DNA of 63,228 nucleotides, filler included, from Nemertoderma westbladi (lineage: Eukaryota; Animalia; Xenacoelomorpha), in assembly GCA_032718475.1 (NCBI GenBank). It is 3 parts of 3 records of this genome, joined end to end, with 100 filler letters (N's around TTAATTAATTAA, not from the genome) between each part and the next. Parts side by side here need not be neighbours in the genome. Positions count along the whole stretch, not along the records: positions 1 to 27,920 come from JAUCBJ010006394.1; 2 more parts are not named here. One strand, 5' to 3'. Shown here piece by piece: positions 1-12,610 of the stretch. The position numbers were made by a program, and so were the translations under genes. Under the pieces are notes generated by a model, which did no database searches, was not told where the DNA came from, and worked only from the letters and a program-made list of their open reading frames with translations. Each line of letters opens with the position of its first letter. Position 1 is the first letter of the stretch.

Positions 1-1024
1 GGATCACTCTGGCAATAGGATGTAAGTTGGGCCACACTGAGTTCTGATTGGATGACTGATATGGGATGCATTTCAATGTGAGGAGGTGGGCTTATAGTTG
101 AGATTTCTCCAAACTCCTCGAGGTTCGTTGCTTCCTGAATGTGACCCACATCATCCTGATACATAACGGATTCTACTGCAGGTTTTATTTTATGAATCGA
201 TGTGTTCAGACTGTTGTGGTCTACTAACAAGCTGTTATACACAGACTTAACTGCATCTTGCTGATCTTGGAATGATCCACTATTTTCTGAGTGCTTTGTT
301 TCTAGCTGCAAGTCTGGCTGGATATGTGCTGGCAGCTTATTTTTCTGCATAATGAGCCTTGAGAAAGTCAAGTTGCTCCCATTAGGGGAAAATTGGCTGC
401 TAGAATATGTTTTCATGCCATTATCGTGCTGCAACTCGGGTTGGCTTAGCACAGGAAGTAAATCCTTTTGCATGGGTAATCTTGAGCAACTTTCAACTGC
501 TTTCATAAACTTCCCCATTGATTCCACTCTATCACAGGTATCGAGTTCTGGTAAATGCTTAATACTTGTTGAGGTTTGTTGTAAGTTTCGGCCGCTTAGA
601 GTATTTAAAGTGTTGCGGACCAAAGATAGTGTTTTGCAGACCGAACTCTGCTGGTAAGATTCACTCTTCCGGACTGGATCAGCTGCCGTTTTATCAAGCT
701 TACGATCCCCAATAATACCTTTAGGATCCCTTCTTAGAGGCAAACGTATTTCGATCGGTTCCAAATCTGACTTATTCCGCTTTGAGTAAAATATCTCCGC
801 AAAGTCTCCCAATCATTACGAATTAACTGCAACTCTCTGTACTTGAGTGTCAAACTGTCCCCAACTGTCGCCTCTTTAGCTTCCAGCTGTTGTCGTCTAA
901 TCTCTGAAGCCTTTAAAATACTACCAATCTTCCCAATAAATAGTCCCATCTCTTTTCTTGCTGACACAGATTTATCATGGAGTTTTTCGCATTCGAATAT
1001 CTCTAATCTTAAATTATCCACTTC
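1..1024 (-). CDS. Large coding exon of an unidentified coiled-coil/low-complexity protein gene; runs off the window edge; contains an apparent 1-nt frameshift near 785-812
   Basis: Acceptor tttccag|GAA GTG GAT at 1025/1024 is phase-compatible with the 3996-4157 exon. The ORF-track frame stops at 734, but the -1 frame is open from ~811 to position 1 (KRNKSDLEPIEIRLPLRRDPKG...SYCQSD). Confidence 0.6.
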
Positions 1025-1490
1025 CTGGAAACATAAATTTTGTTTTAAATTAAGCAGATATGCTAAATATTACAAATATATATATATTATACCGGTTAAG
1101 GTGGTCCAAAATTTTTTTTTGAAATACCAATGTGCCAAATGGTGAAAAAATAAGCTGTGAAATTTGTTTTCAATTTGGTTGAAGTCTACCAGGTGCCCAA
1201 CGCCACCAAAGTTATCCCACTACAATCGCTATCATTGCATTGGTAAGGTCGCGATACGGCATTTTGCCACTAGACACACTTCTGGTGGTCATATGAGGAC
1301 AATTTATAGCTTGTTAGAAGTGCCATTGTCATTGATTTAGTGGCGGTAGGTGATACTAAAACTGTTAACAACTGTTAATATTTCTGATGTGCATGCCATT
1401 CTTTCTAAAATTATTAAACCTACTCATATTTTGAGATGTTTTCGGACTGTACCTGGTATTCCATAATGATTGCCCCCCCCCCCCCCCCCT

Positions 1491-2236
1491 TGCCAGCCAA
1501 AACTGCCAGACTGGCACCTTAGTGTAATATATAATTGGAAAGAGAATTTAATTCTGAGCTAGCATGTAAAAATTTAGGGTACAATACAAAAGTATAAAGA
1601 TTTTATAGGCTATTCTTTAAACTAATCTTATTTTTCATCAATATTTTTTTATTTAATCACAGTTCAAAAAATATAATTTATCCAGCATTAGTCATCAGCT
1701 TTACAGCCATGTTTCCCCTTTGCACCATGGGGAGCTCCTCGATAGTGGCAAAGGATGTTGACCCTTAAAAGGGCTGTTTTGGTTTCAGTTTGATTATGCC
1801 ACAGAATCACGATCCTCTCTAAAAGTAACATCTCTGATCCTGTCAACCATATGTTTTTCTTCGGAGCCATCGAAGATTGCACTGGAACTTGTCATTTTAA
1901 TTACTTCTGTTAGGCCTAATTCAGTAAAATTACCAAAGAAACACTAATACCGGTAACTGAATACTGTAATATATTGCAATACAACAAAATTCAGGCAGTA
2001 ATAACTGTTTAAACAGGGCTGCAAAGCTGATGACTAACGCTGGATAAATTATATTTTATTTTTTTTTAATTGTGATTAAATCACAAAAATTGAAAAGTAA
2101 GATAGATTTAAAGAATTGCCCATAAAATTTTTATACTTTTGTATTAGACCCTAAATTTTTGCATGCAAGCTCAGAATTAAATTCTCTTTCGAATGATATA
2201 ATTACACTAAAGTACATGTCTGGCTTTTCGATGGCA
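1491..2236. mobile_element. Foldback/MITE-like element with ~220-bp imperfect inverted arms, intronic
   Basis: 1491-1714 is the diverged reverse complement of 2011-2236 (e.g. gaaagagaatttaattctgagct vs agctcagaattaaattctctttc). Confidence 0.75.
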
Positions 2237-3995
2237 TATAGTTTTCTGCGCATTTTTTTTTATACATATATATTGGACATGTAAACAAATTTAACAACAC
2301 CAGATTTATTTTTCGAATAGAATACCAAATCATCAGCAAAGAATATAAATTTTAGAGTTGCGGCAATCTGGCACAGTACTAAGGCTAAATCAGCAATAAA
2401 TATTAAAAAGCATGTCAGCGAGAAACTATCACCTTGTATGATCCCACTGGAACTGCCTGATAAGATCTGAATATTTTAAACCGTCGAAAACTTTCACTGA
2501 ATTCTGTAGAATTTATTTTATCAAAAATTACATTTTTCATTTTATTCCGAAAAAGTTGTAGATTTTATATAAGAGTATGGTTCGGTTGACAAGGCCGAAA
2601 GCTTTCCAAAAATCTACGAAAACAACATAGCGCTAGTACTAGTACTCTTTTATTAATTATTTTAATTATCGGGGCTGGTTTTGGTTCCCTTCCCCTTTTA
2701 GAGAATCGTAATAATACTTATTGAGCAGTTTAGTGGGATAGCGCCCTAATTGACACACACATTATATAGAACAATACAGTATTATAGGCAGCTGGATTGT
2801 TTCAAATGCTCGTTGTAAATTTTGTCGGTACCACACTGTTATCTGACTGTTGGCTAGTTTTTCCAGTAAGTTACATTCATCGTGGAGTTTTTTTATTGTG
2901 GCTGATAAGTTCTTTATAACGTTTACGTGCAAACCAAAATAGCAAATCTTCTAGTAACGTCAAATCAACTTTCCTGCTCTAAGAGGCGGTTCTGGGTTCT
3001 CGACAGTTAACAGTTTACTGTTGGGAATAATTATCGTTATTGAGACTTTGTGATATTTCCGATGAAGGTTTACTTCAATAGTCACCAAATTGGAGGTTGG
3101 GCTATTATAGTCTTGCAAATTTTTTTTTATAAAGATAAGATCGATATTACCTTTCCCTATATTGTCTATATTATTTAAGTTTAAAATAACACTACAGTAA
3201 CTGTTGAATTTCGGATAAATATTTTGAATTTGAATTTATAAATCTTATTTCAATGTTGGCAAATGGAGAAGGTTCCATGAATTGTGGAATTGTGGAGAAA
3301 AGTATCAGCTGGAGATTGGTGGTGCCGCCTAGGAGAAATAAGGTTGCAATTTGAGAGGGCGATGGTTCCTTCCAAGGAGGTATGACCAAAAACTTTTGGT
3401 GTAATCTCAAAATTAACATAACATAACCAGGAATGTATTCCTAAATATGTAACTAGATAGGTCCTATCATAGGAAATTGCATTTAATTTAAAATTATTTT
3501 TTTGAAACTACGTCTTATAGCCTATATATATAATTTGTAACAGTATATCATGATCGCTTAACCACGATTTGTATACATTTTAGGTTGATGTCAGATTCAG
3601 ATTTGATGGTTTGCCCACTTCCCTTCGTCCCACTTCGCTTTCAAAGCGCAAATCGATATAGTGGGGGTAGATCTGAGTCTTTAGTGAAAATTCTTGAATT
3701 TTCTTAACATTTTTTTAAGTTTATTTGTTTTTATTTCACATTGAAGAAAGAAGGCGTGACAATATTTATACGCATAATTGTTAGGTGTGCTATGCAGCTA
3801 ATTTCGAGCTTTGTTTCACTTTCATTTTAAGATTATATTTTAGTGTATTCAAGGACTATTACAGAATTATATACATATAGATATAGTAGGCCTGAGTCCT
3901 TGAGTTTATTGAATTGAAATAATGATGAATTACAATTTCATTCTAAATATCGCTAATTTAAATCTTCCCAACGATATTGTAATATTCCCACCAAC

Positions 3996-4157
3996 CTGAT
4001 TCTCTGCAACCAATCGCTTTATCGTAGCATTCATCCTCTCCTCGCTTTGTTTCTTATCCGACTCTATTTTATCTATCTTATAAAGCAACTCGGCATTGTC
4101 TCCTTGCACTCTTTTAGTTGATTTTTCGATGTCGCCCAAACAATATTCAAGAGATTC
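3996..4157 (-). CDS. Internal 54-codon exon (ESLEYCLGDIEK...LVAENQ), coiled-coil-like
   Basis: Acceptor tttattcgcatag|GAA and donor CAG|gttggt; 162 nt, open, phase 0/0; charged heptad-like composition. Confidence 0.65.
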
Positions 4158-5231
4158 CTATGCGAATAAATTATTATAATATAATAATATTATTAGTGTA
4201 TTAACTGTTTATTAATAAAGGATACAATATTTAACAACATTAAAAATAAAATTGCTATAAAACTAAATATAAAACTGCAAATAATAATAATTAATATAAT
4301 AATATTGTTTTAATAATAATAAATAATATAAACATTCGACTTTTAATGGCGATATTCTTATTCTATTTCTTTTAGAATTGAAGTATTATGTGGATTTATG
4401 GATATAAATTGCGGACATACATTGTATCACTGTCTGACTGTATCCATGTATCAGGTAGGCCTACCGGTAGTAATCAGTACTTACAGGTCCAGCACCGCTA
4501 GCTGAATCGTTACGGCGTCAGTCTTCCTACCTGGCTGCCTGGAGGATACCACTTACCAGCTGCCTGAAACCCAACCCACCTGGACGTCATTGTCGACTTT
4601 GCAAAGCTGTAGGCCTACTCAACGAAAGTTATACCAGTCAGCCAGTAGCCTAAAATTCTAGCAAGCAAACGCAGTTCTGCAGTATGACCAAACGATCTTT
4701 AAAGATACCAGTAGGCAAACTGGCTGACTGGTAAGCGAATGACAATTAACGTGTACAGGTGTATTACCGGTAGTAGGGCCCTATAGATTTTAGATAGCCC
4801 TAGGCCATACTGACATATACAGATATATATTAAAGTTAGAGAAGACTTTTATGCTTAGCTGCTTAGGACTGTCTGACTGTAGGACTTCCCGGCACACCTC
4901 CATCAAGAGGTAGAAGATTAATAAAAACTACCAATGGATCGTATTTGGATAGGCCTAGTTCCTCAAAGCGCAACGGGAGAACAAATTCTTCCACAAAAAT
5001 CGGGTGTGAGTCATATATTTTGTCACATACCGGTATGGTATCGCTAAGGGAGATTATGATCATCATGACAAATTAAACAAAGATCATACCGGTAATCTGG
5101 TAATGTTATATCCAGATGTCAGTAGGCCTAGCCTAGCTTCATCATCATCATCTTATGTCCAAGCAGCCAAGTCAGCAAGCAGCAAGTGCAGAAGTGCCAC
5201 CGCCACCATTCTGCCATTGCTAGAATTGCTA

Positions 5232-8200
5232 CCGTAGAACCTGCCAACTTTGACCCACGTTCGACATAAATTGATAAATATCTTTAGCACATTTGAATTT
5301 ACCACCAATTTTTTTTCACCATTCAATGAGTTGGTTGGTCAGCAACAAGCCTACAGCTTATCACTGGTAGATAGCCAGTGATAGGCTGTATTTTTTTTAA
5401 AAACCAGGGTGGGCAAAGTTGCATTAACAAATTCCAACTTTGGCCCAAGTGTTCATCAGGCAAGAAAACATGCTACTGCTGCTTTGGGCTACACTAGAAA
5501 ATATTTAACACAACTTTGTCCCAATCAGTAATAAATAAGTTATCCAATAAAAAAAACCCGATGGTAAATCTCCTATCTGTTCAAAAGTTACAGATACTAC
5601 ACTACTACCAAACCAAAGTATTTACCTTGTAGGTATGCAGCATATTCCCCTTGTAGTGCTTGTAGTCTATATTTTCTCTCATATGAACTATTATTTTGGA
5701 GGGCCGGCCGGCGGTTGTGAATGTAAAACAAAGGGAATGGATAATGCCGGTCTACTGTAGTACAATTACATAGGGTAGTAAACTAGGTTTGTTTTGTATC
5801 TTCCATGTACAGTACATTTATACACACAATTACACGGCTGTCGCAGTTTTTTAAGCGTCTCGCAATCCTGCTAGTGTTATCCTCCAAACGGGAGCTTGCC
5901 TACTCCCAGTGTGTTGAGTTGAGCTGCGTAGTTTCTCTCGTCTCCGGGCAGTCCTGATGTGTCTGCGCGGGTCCCGTTCGAGTCCTCGATCCAACTTGCG
6001 AATGCAGGGGCGAACTACAGGGCGTAGACCCCTGCGGCGTTTTGGACGGCGGGTGACCTTGTACTCATTTTGTATATGTATTGCTATTGCTGTTGTTATT
6101 GATATTATTATTGTTTGTTAAAATTTATATTATTTTCTTAATGTTTTTGAAATTATTGTTTCTGTTATTTCACGTTGCTTTTATAGGCAGTAAAAGTATT
6201 ATATCGAATACACAACCAAATAACCTTTCAGTTTCAAATTGCACTTCAGACTTTTATACATAAAACAATTAGGTATGATAACAGTTACAGTATCACTTAA
6301 ACACATCGATAACAATTGAATTCTATCGATGCTATATTGACATTAATCAAGTCACGGAATGGTTCTGTGCAGGCTCTATGGAACCAACGAGCACAACTAT
6401 CACACCCAACAGTGCGATCATAATCTGGAGGGACAAACGGTACCAAACACTGAGCACATTTGTTCTCGTCTATAATGCTCCCCTCAGGCTCACTATCTTC
6501 TCCCTCTGCGCTATCATCTCCCCCCTCATTCTCACAAGCTGGCTCAGTAAGCCCTCCATCTTCATAGGAAAGGAGACTTTCCAAATCGTCAAGGAGACTA
6601 CAGTCCGATTCCGAATCACTCTCACTGCTAGACACAGGCGCAGCAACACTCCTTCCTGCCTCCACATTCAATCTTGTACGTTTCGACCGCCTGGGTTGAC
6701 TAGGAGCATTACCCCCTCTCAATTCTTGTAGCTGATCGATTAGAGCGCCATCTACAGCTGCTCCCGCTACAGCTGGTTCAGGACTGTCCTGGGGCAAACA
6801 CTTCAAGACCTCATTCCTATCGAGTGGAAAGATTCCACATGCTCGAAACCCAGAACGAACATTGTTCTCTTTACACCCTTGCTGAATTAAACTATTTAAC
6901 ATCTTCGGGAATTCCTCCTTAGATAGTGTTTCACCTTTCCTGTCAGCAAATCTACCCATCTTCCAGTCATGGAGTAACTGGCGCCAGATACGCTTCATAG
7001 GGCCAAAGAAGGCCTTATCCAGTGGTTGAGTTAGGTGTGTCGAGTTGCAAGGCAGGCACACGAAATGAATATTGTGTCTCTTACATGCCCGAAGAACATC
7101 CTCATTCAGATGTGATGATAGATTATCACCTATCATCACCTTTATTGAACCAATCTCAAGTGATTTAAAATATGGAATAGCAATGGTATTGAACCAGTCA
7201 GCAAACACAAATTCATCGAACCAACCGGACTTAGTTCGCCCATATCGTGTCCCAGGAGGCCCATCTTGAATCCAGGTATCATAGAGATGGGTAGACCTGT
7301 AAACTACATAAGGACTTAATATATGACCATCAGCTGCACCTGAAAACATAACGGAAGTGGAGGATTTTGAGTGATCTTTTACAGCTTGTGGATACTTTGT
7401 TCCTCGACGAACAATAGATCGCTTTTTCCCCGGATCGTCTGTAAGGTTCGTCTCATCATAATTTATGATGTTAGATGGTGGGATGTCTTTTAATTCGACT
7501 TCCAGATTGTCGAAATACTTATTGATCACATCGCTATCGACCTCAGCTCGTTTTCTCTTTATATTCTGTGTCAATCTGTACGTCAACTTATTCCGCTTTA
7601 TGAAACTTCTCATAAATTGATAGCCTGGAACATTATTCTTAAAAACACGCACTGATCGACCGAGGCGATTGAGGTAAGATTGTATTATGACTTGCGCATC
7701 AATTAGCGTTAGTGGGAATCCATATTCTGATACAGTGCAGAACCGTTCGGCCAATATCTGCTCTTCTTGATCCGAAAAGATGCGCGGATGACCAACTTCT
7801 CCAAGGTGGCGTTTCTTTATTCGATTTTTCAGAGTGGATCGAGGAATATTGTAGTGCCTACTTGCGTCTCGTTGCGTCAATTCCTTGCCTGCTATTTTAG
7901 CCAAAGCCTCCTCCAGCTTCTCCTTTGTATATTGGCGGTATTGCCGTGCACCACACTTCCTTCTCTTTAAATTTGGAGCCATGATACAGTATGATATGAT
8001 ATGATAAAGTAGGGTGGTAGAGGTACTGGTAGACAGCAAGCAAGAACAACAGGGCTGAAAGAACAACTTTGTAAACTGATAACTGAATAAAGGTTCTCTG
8101 TAAAGCCTGTATAGCAATTTGGGCCAAAGTTGGTATTTAATAGCACATTTTCAAAGGCAACTTTACCCACCCTCTAAAATTATAGGAGACAATCGGGGAA

Positions 8201-8538
8201 TCTTAAATTTTAAAAATGGGAACAATATTTATTACCATTAGAACTCATCTAGAATAAAAAATTGTCACTGCAATTGATGGTTATCACTGCAGGGTATAGA
8301 CCTTTCAACCCTACTTTTGGAACACACATTGCACCTTTTTTCAGGCCTGATTTCTCTACACTTCCCGGAATACCTGATGATGTGCTACATATGCATATGA
8401 TTGGGCATATGCTAAACTTCATTTACTAAAAAAAATCGGTTTAAAAAAATTAACTTCCAGTCTGAAAACAACGGAACTCAAAAAAATAAAAATTGGGCCA
8501 AAGTTGCCCTCATGGGCCAAAGTTGGCAGGGTCTACGG
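5232..8538 (-). mobile_element. pogo-family (Tc1/mariner superfamily) DNA transposon, apparently full length
   Basis: 26-bp TIRs CCGTAGAACCTGCCAACTTTGACCCA (5232-5257) and 8513-8538 with 2 mismatches; TA on both sides (5230-5231, 8539-8540); subterminal caactttg(g/t)ccca-type repeats near 5410, 5436, 5511, 8120, 8158 and 8494. Confidence 0.95.
6297..7982 (-). CDS. pogo-type transposase, 561 aa: HTH_psq + CENP-B-type HTH + DDE_1 (DD35D) + acidic linker + PHD finger
   Basis: First ATG in the ORF gives MAPNLKRRK. Motifs YNIPRSTL, NYDET, GDNLSSH-x-QPLD (35 residues between D2 and D3), and C-terminal CAQC...CDSCARWFHRAC...CYRC (C4HC3). Confidence 0.92.
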   Translation of the reverse strand: MAPNLKRRKCGARQYRQYTKEKLEEALAKIAGKELTQRDASRHYNIPRSTLKNRIKKRHLGEVGHPRIFSDQEEQILAERFCTVSEYGFPLTLIDAQVIIQSYLNRLGRSVRVFKNNVPGYQFMRSFIKRNKLTYRLTQNIKRKRAEVDSDVINKYFDNLEVELKDIPPSNIINYDETNLTDDPGKKRSIVRRGTKYPQAVKDHSKSSTSVMFSGAADGHILSPYVVYRSTHLYDTWIQDGPPGTRYGRTKSGWFDEFVFADWFNTIAIPYFKSLEIGSIKVMIGDNLSSHLNEDVLRACKRHNIHFVCLPCNSTHLTQPLDKAFFGPMKRIWRQLLHDWKMGRFADRKGETLSKEEFPKMLNSLIQQGCKENNVRSGFRACGIFPLDRNEVLKCLPQDSPEPAVAGAAVDGALIDQLQELRGGNAPSQPRRSKRTRLNVEAGRSVAAPVSSSESDSESDCSLLDDLESLLSYEDGGLTEPACENEGGDDSAEGEDSEPEGSIIDENKCAQCLVPFVPPDYDRTVGCDSCARWFHRACTEPFRDLINVNIASIEFNCYRCV

Positions 8539-9597
8539 TACCGGCAGAATTGCAGAATTTTATTATTCTGGCAGTCTGGTTCTGTGGTTTCAGATTCAGT
8601 TACGGAGCTGTATACCTTTATACTGTTATAGCATACGGCATAGGCCTAAGCAAAGCATAGCATGTATAGCAGTATAGTGCAGTGCAGTACAACAGTAGTG
8701 ATACCGGTACTGTAAAAGCTTTTGTGGGATAACTGATTCGTTTGCCTTGCTGGCCAGTTCCCCCCCCCCCCCGGTCGCTAGAATACTCTAAAAGGGATCT
8801 ATAGGTAAAATAGTGCAAGCTACCAGCTTATTGGCTGATGGGCTGTACGAGAGTATCTGGGTTCTGTTCGATCGGCCAACCAGCTTAGGGAGGTTGCCTT
8901 AGCCCTGCTGTCCGTATCGGCCAATAGAATTTGAGTGGGCGTTGATTTTGACCTATCCCAGAGCTACTGAACTGAATTTTCCTATCTCACTGCTCATCCT
9001 CTGTGTTGGACGGGAGCTTCGGGGAATAAGGGTAGTTGGTATCCTCGTATAGTCAGGTAGTCATATGATTTTATATGATTCTGTTGTTGTGTTCCCATTT
9101 TCGCCATAACACCGGCTTTTTGGGAAGAACTCTAGTAAAACTGCTTAAATTATCGAAAGTATAAACTGTTATCTAATCAATCAACCGATCAATCAACTAA
9201 TCAATCAATCTTATCTGATCTAATTAACTCACTATTAATCATATTGTTTGTACTGTTATTTACCGTCAGTTATTAATTGTATCTATTTGTTGATGGAAAT
9301 ATTGCTCTTTGGAGAATACTGATAAATCACCCAAATTTCCCAATTTTCTTGATACACTACAGGTTAGAGAGACAGGCTATATATAACAATTGCGATTTAT
9401 ATTAATGTGGTGTGTATTGAATCTAATGTTATTTAGCAGACCCTACATGAGTCAATTGCTGCTCTCTTTATGTGTGATCAAATTTACTGACGGTCGGCAG
9501 AATAGTGTGCATGATTGTGATTGGTAACAAAGCATTTCCTAAAGAATGCGCCTTATACTTTAATCATAAGCAGTATCGTTGCGTTTAGTATAAGTCC

Positions 9598-12500
9598 GAG
9601 AGAAAGCCGCCCCAATATTAGATTATTACAACAACATTTCCATTGGGTAAGAAAGTGGAGGAGAGCCAGCCCGACTCTCAATTTTTTGTTTATATTACGC
9701 GATCAATTTTCACTCATCTCGTCATGAACCCAAAAACATGTATGTAACCTTTTGATAAATTTGTTGGCTATGCGTTTGCGGCTGTTTAGGCGGGGTGTGG
9801 TAGGCCTACACTTTTCACACTGAAACATTTTGGTTGTGAAATGTTCAGGGCAAAGCGATCAGAGATATTTCATATATATTTTATTATGAGAGGAAGAAGA
9901 ACATACAACGTTATTTACTATATATGTAACATAATAATTGTTTTCGGGTTTAACTTGGAAGCCTCCCCAAATAGTTGATATACGATTATACTTAAAATTA
10001 TTTCCATGGTCATGGTCATTCACCCGTCTTTAGTTAGAAATTTGTTTGCATGAAAGACAGTTTAGTTTGGTTTTTACTGGTTATTATCTCTTATCTGACT
10101 GGGGTAATAATAAAGGATAGGATAAATGGAAGCAAAGTGTGACAGTAACAAATATTTCCCCGTCACCCTAGCATGTCTTAAGTATACGATATCTAAAAGG
10201 GGGAAGTTTGGATTCACTGCATAAATGCAGTTCACCAAACTTCCCCCGAATGCACACTGTAACTTCCCCCTTCCCCCAAATATCCACTGTTAAATTAATT
10301 TGAAGCGATATAATAAGTACAAAATTGTGCGAGTTTTTAATTGTGTAGTCAATTTGTTATTTGATCTCTATTTATTGTTTAAAGTGCATTTAATATCACG
10401 CTGGTTTTTTAGAATATTACAACCTTATGTTTTATTTATTAACCCAATCGAAGCCTTAATAAGGGCCGCTTATTTGTACGCATATCCCTAATGCGCTCAG
10501 TATGAGCCAAACAACATATTAATATGAAAATAAAGTATCTGCAAAGAAAAGAACCCAATGCTATATAATTTGACCTTATTAAAAAATTTGCACTTTTGCA
10601 CACTTATTTGTACAAGTGCACTTCAGCAGATCGTAATGGTGGTTCTTATTTAACAAACTTATGTTTATCCTCTACCGATCTACGATGGTGTATGATCAAG
10701 TGTCAGTCACTAAAAGTGTAAAAAATCTAATTTAATAAATCGTGACATTTGCGATTTTGGACCATATTCATGGGCATTTTAAGTCACTTTATATACATAA
10801 AAAGTTAAACAAATGTTACGATTATAGTTAGAAATCACTCCAAACTACATTTTAATCCAAAAAATAACATTCTACGATGACAATGGAACTGGAAATAATA
10901 GTGTTTGAAATATCGAAAAAATGTGTACTTTTTAAGTGCATTATGCACTAAGTGCACATGCGTCTTTTCCCAAGTTGTATCCTATTTCACACACTACAAT
11001 CTATCCTCTATCCAATGAAAAAAGTTTCAGATCAAACGGCCCAGTAGAACAGAAGTTATTGATGTTTAAAAATAATCACTCGAAAATTTCAAATTCTCTT
11101 GGTCACATAGTCTAGTGGTTATCAATCACGTTAACGATACTTAAGTTCGTGGGTTCGAAACCCAATATGACCATTCTTAATTTTTTGCAAAAAAAAATAT
11201 TTTTAATTTTTGACTAAATTTCGGTTCTGGTGCTCCAAATTCAATAAAATTGGTATATTCTTTGCCGTAATTTTTTTTTCTATCTTTTGAGAGGGGGTAT
11301 TTTTGGCCCCAAAAAAAATGAAAAAAAAGGGCCAAAATTACGCGATATTTTTCGACCCTTAAAACTCGTTATTTTAATTATAAATGTTAAGAAAAAAGAT
11401 AGTGGAGTTCATTTTCTACATTTTACAGGAACTTTTGGCGCAAAAAGTTAAATTATAATGTAATGGCGATTTATTAAAAAAAAAATTTTTCGTCCCTTTT
11501 TTATAAGTAGTATATTTCACACGATCGTCTGCCGCTTCAGTTATATAATAGCTATGGCGCTGTAACTACCGTTCAAAGATAGATAATTTGACGCTCTATA
11601 AGACTGTTTAAATAAGTCTCCCAGACCTTATGTATTTTTCGAGCTAGACGAGTTCCCGCGAAGCGAGTTTGAAGCGTGAAATTATAATTTGGGCCCTAAT
11701 TTTTTTAATATCGTATGCGCGGCAAAACCAATCGAATATTTGGATTCCCCGTATCGATATTAACCGTATAAAATGTACTTTAACCTTCAATAGTCAAAAA
11801 TAAAAAAGTTGTTAGTTATAAACTTTTTATTATTTTCTGGCCCTTTTTGGACCCCTTTGCCTACATATTTTTTGTACCCCCATTCGATAGGAATGTAGCC
11901 CCTGTGGTCTTCTACGCTTTCCGAAAAAGAATTGGCAGATTCCTACTAGCGTTGTCGAATTAAAAATTTTGGAAATAATTATTATGTAAAAAAGATGGAA
12001 AAAACGGACAAAGTTACGGCCCCTTTTTCCACCCGAAATATTAATAAATATCTTACCCCCATTCGATACGAAGGTAGTACCACTCTTCCCCTTTCCAACC
12101 GCGTTAATTTCGTCCCCGTACGATTAATATTAGCCGAGTCAGAGCGGATCCCGCAAAGCCATTTTGTCCGTTTTTTCAACTTTGACGGACAATTTCGGGA
12201 AAAAGGCGTGGTAATCTTTTTTGAAAAAAAAAAACGAATTCACTAATTAATCCCTTCTATCGTATCCCGGCGTCGGCTAAGCAATAACCTAGGGTTTTTT
12301 CGAGCCACTGTAGAGCGCCTTTCAAAAAATTTTTAAAATTGTCAAAAAAATGACGGTTTTTTGTCCACCGTGTCCGTCGAGGGGATAGATTTGCTAATGT
12401 TAGAGTGGCTAATATCTTAGAATTCCGAGTCGCTCCCCTGGTGCGAAAATAAAAAAAATTGGTCTGTTCCTTCATCGAAAAGTCCCCCAGAATCCCAAGT

Positions 12501-12610
12501 TAACCTATATAGTTAGCGATGGCCTGCGGCTTTAGGAGCGGCCGCGGTATTCACCTCCCTCATAGCGGCCGCGGCGGTGTTGCGTCAAATGGAGAAATAT
12601 TTATCCCACC
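9598..12610. mobile_element. Unclassified 3-kb non-coding insertion in the 5' LTR
   Basis: Absent from the 3' LTR (aagtcc|tagttc) and from the diverged antisense LTR copy near 27430; no clear TIR or TSD beyond CC. Confidence 0.7.
11101..11173 (+). pseudogene. Degenerate tRNA-Val(AAC)-like sequence / SINE head
   Basis: A box TAGTCTAGTGG, B box GGTTCGAAACC, acceptor-like GGTCACA/TATGACC, loop TTAACGA; anticodon stem does not pair. Confidence 0.5.

Noticed and set aside
7983-8117. N-terminal extension of the transposase in the ORF track
   Set aside because: Begins at a non-ATG codon and overlaps subterminal sequence; the first ATG at 7982 fits the HTH start.
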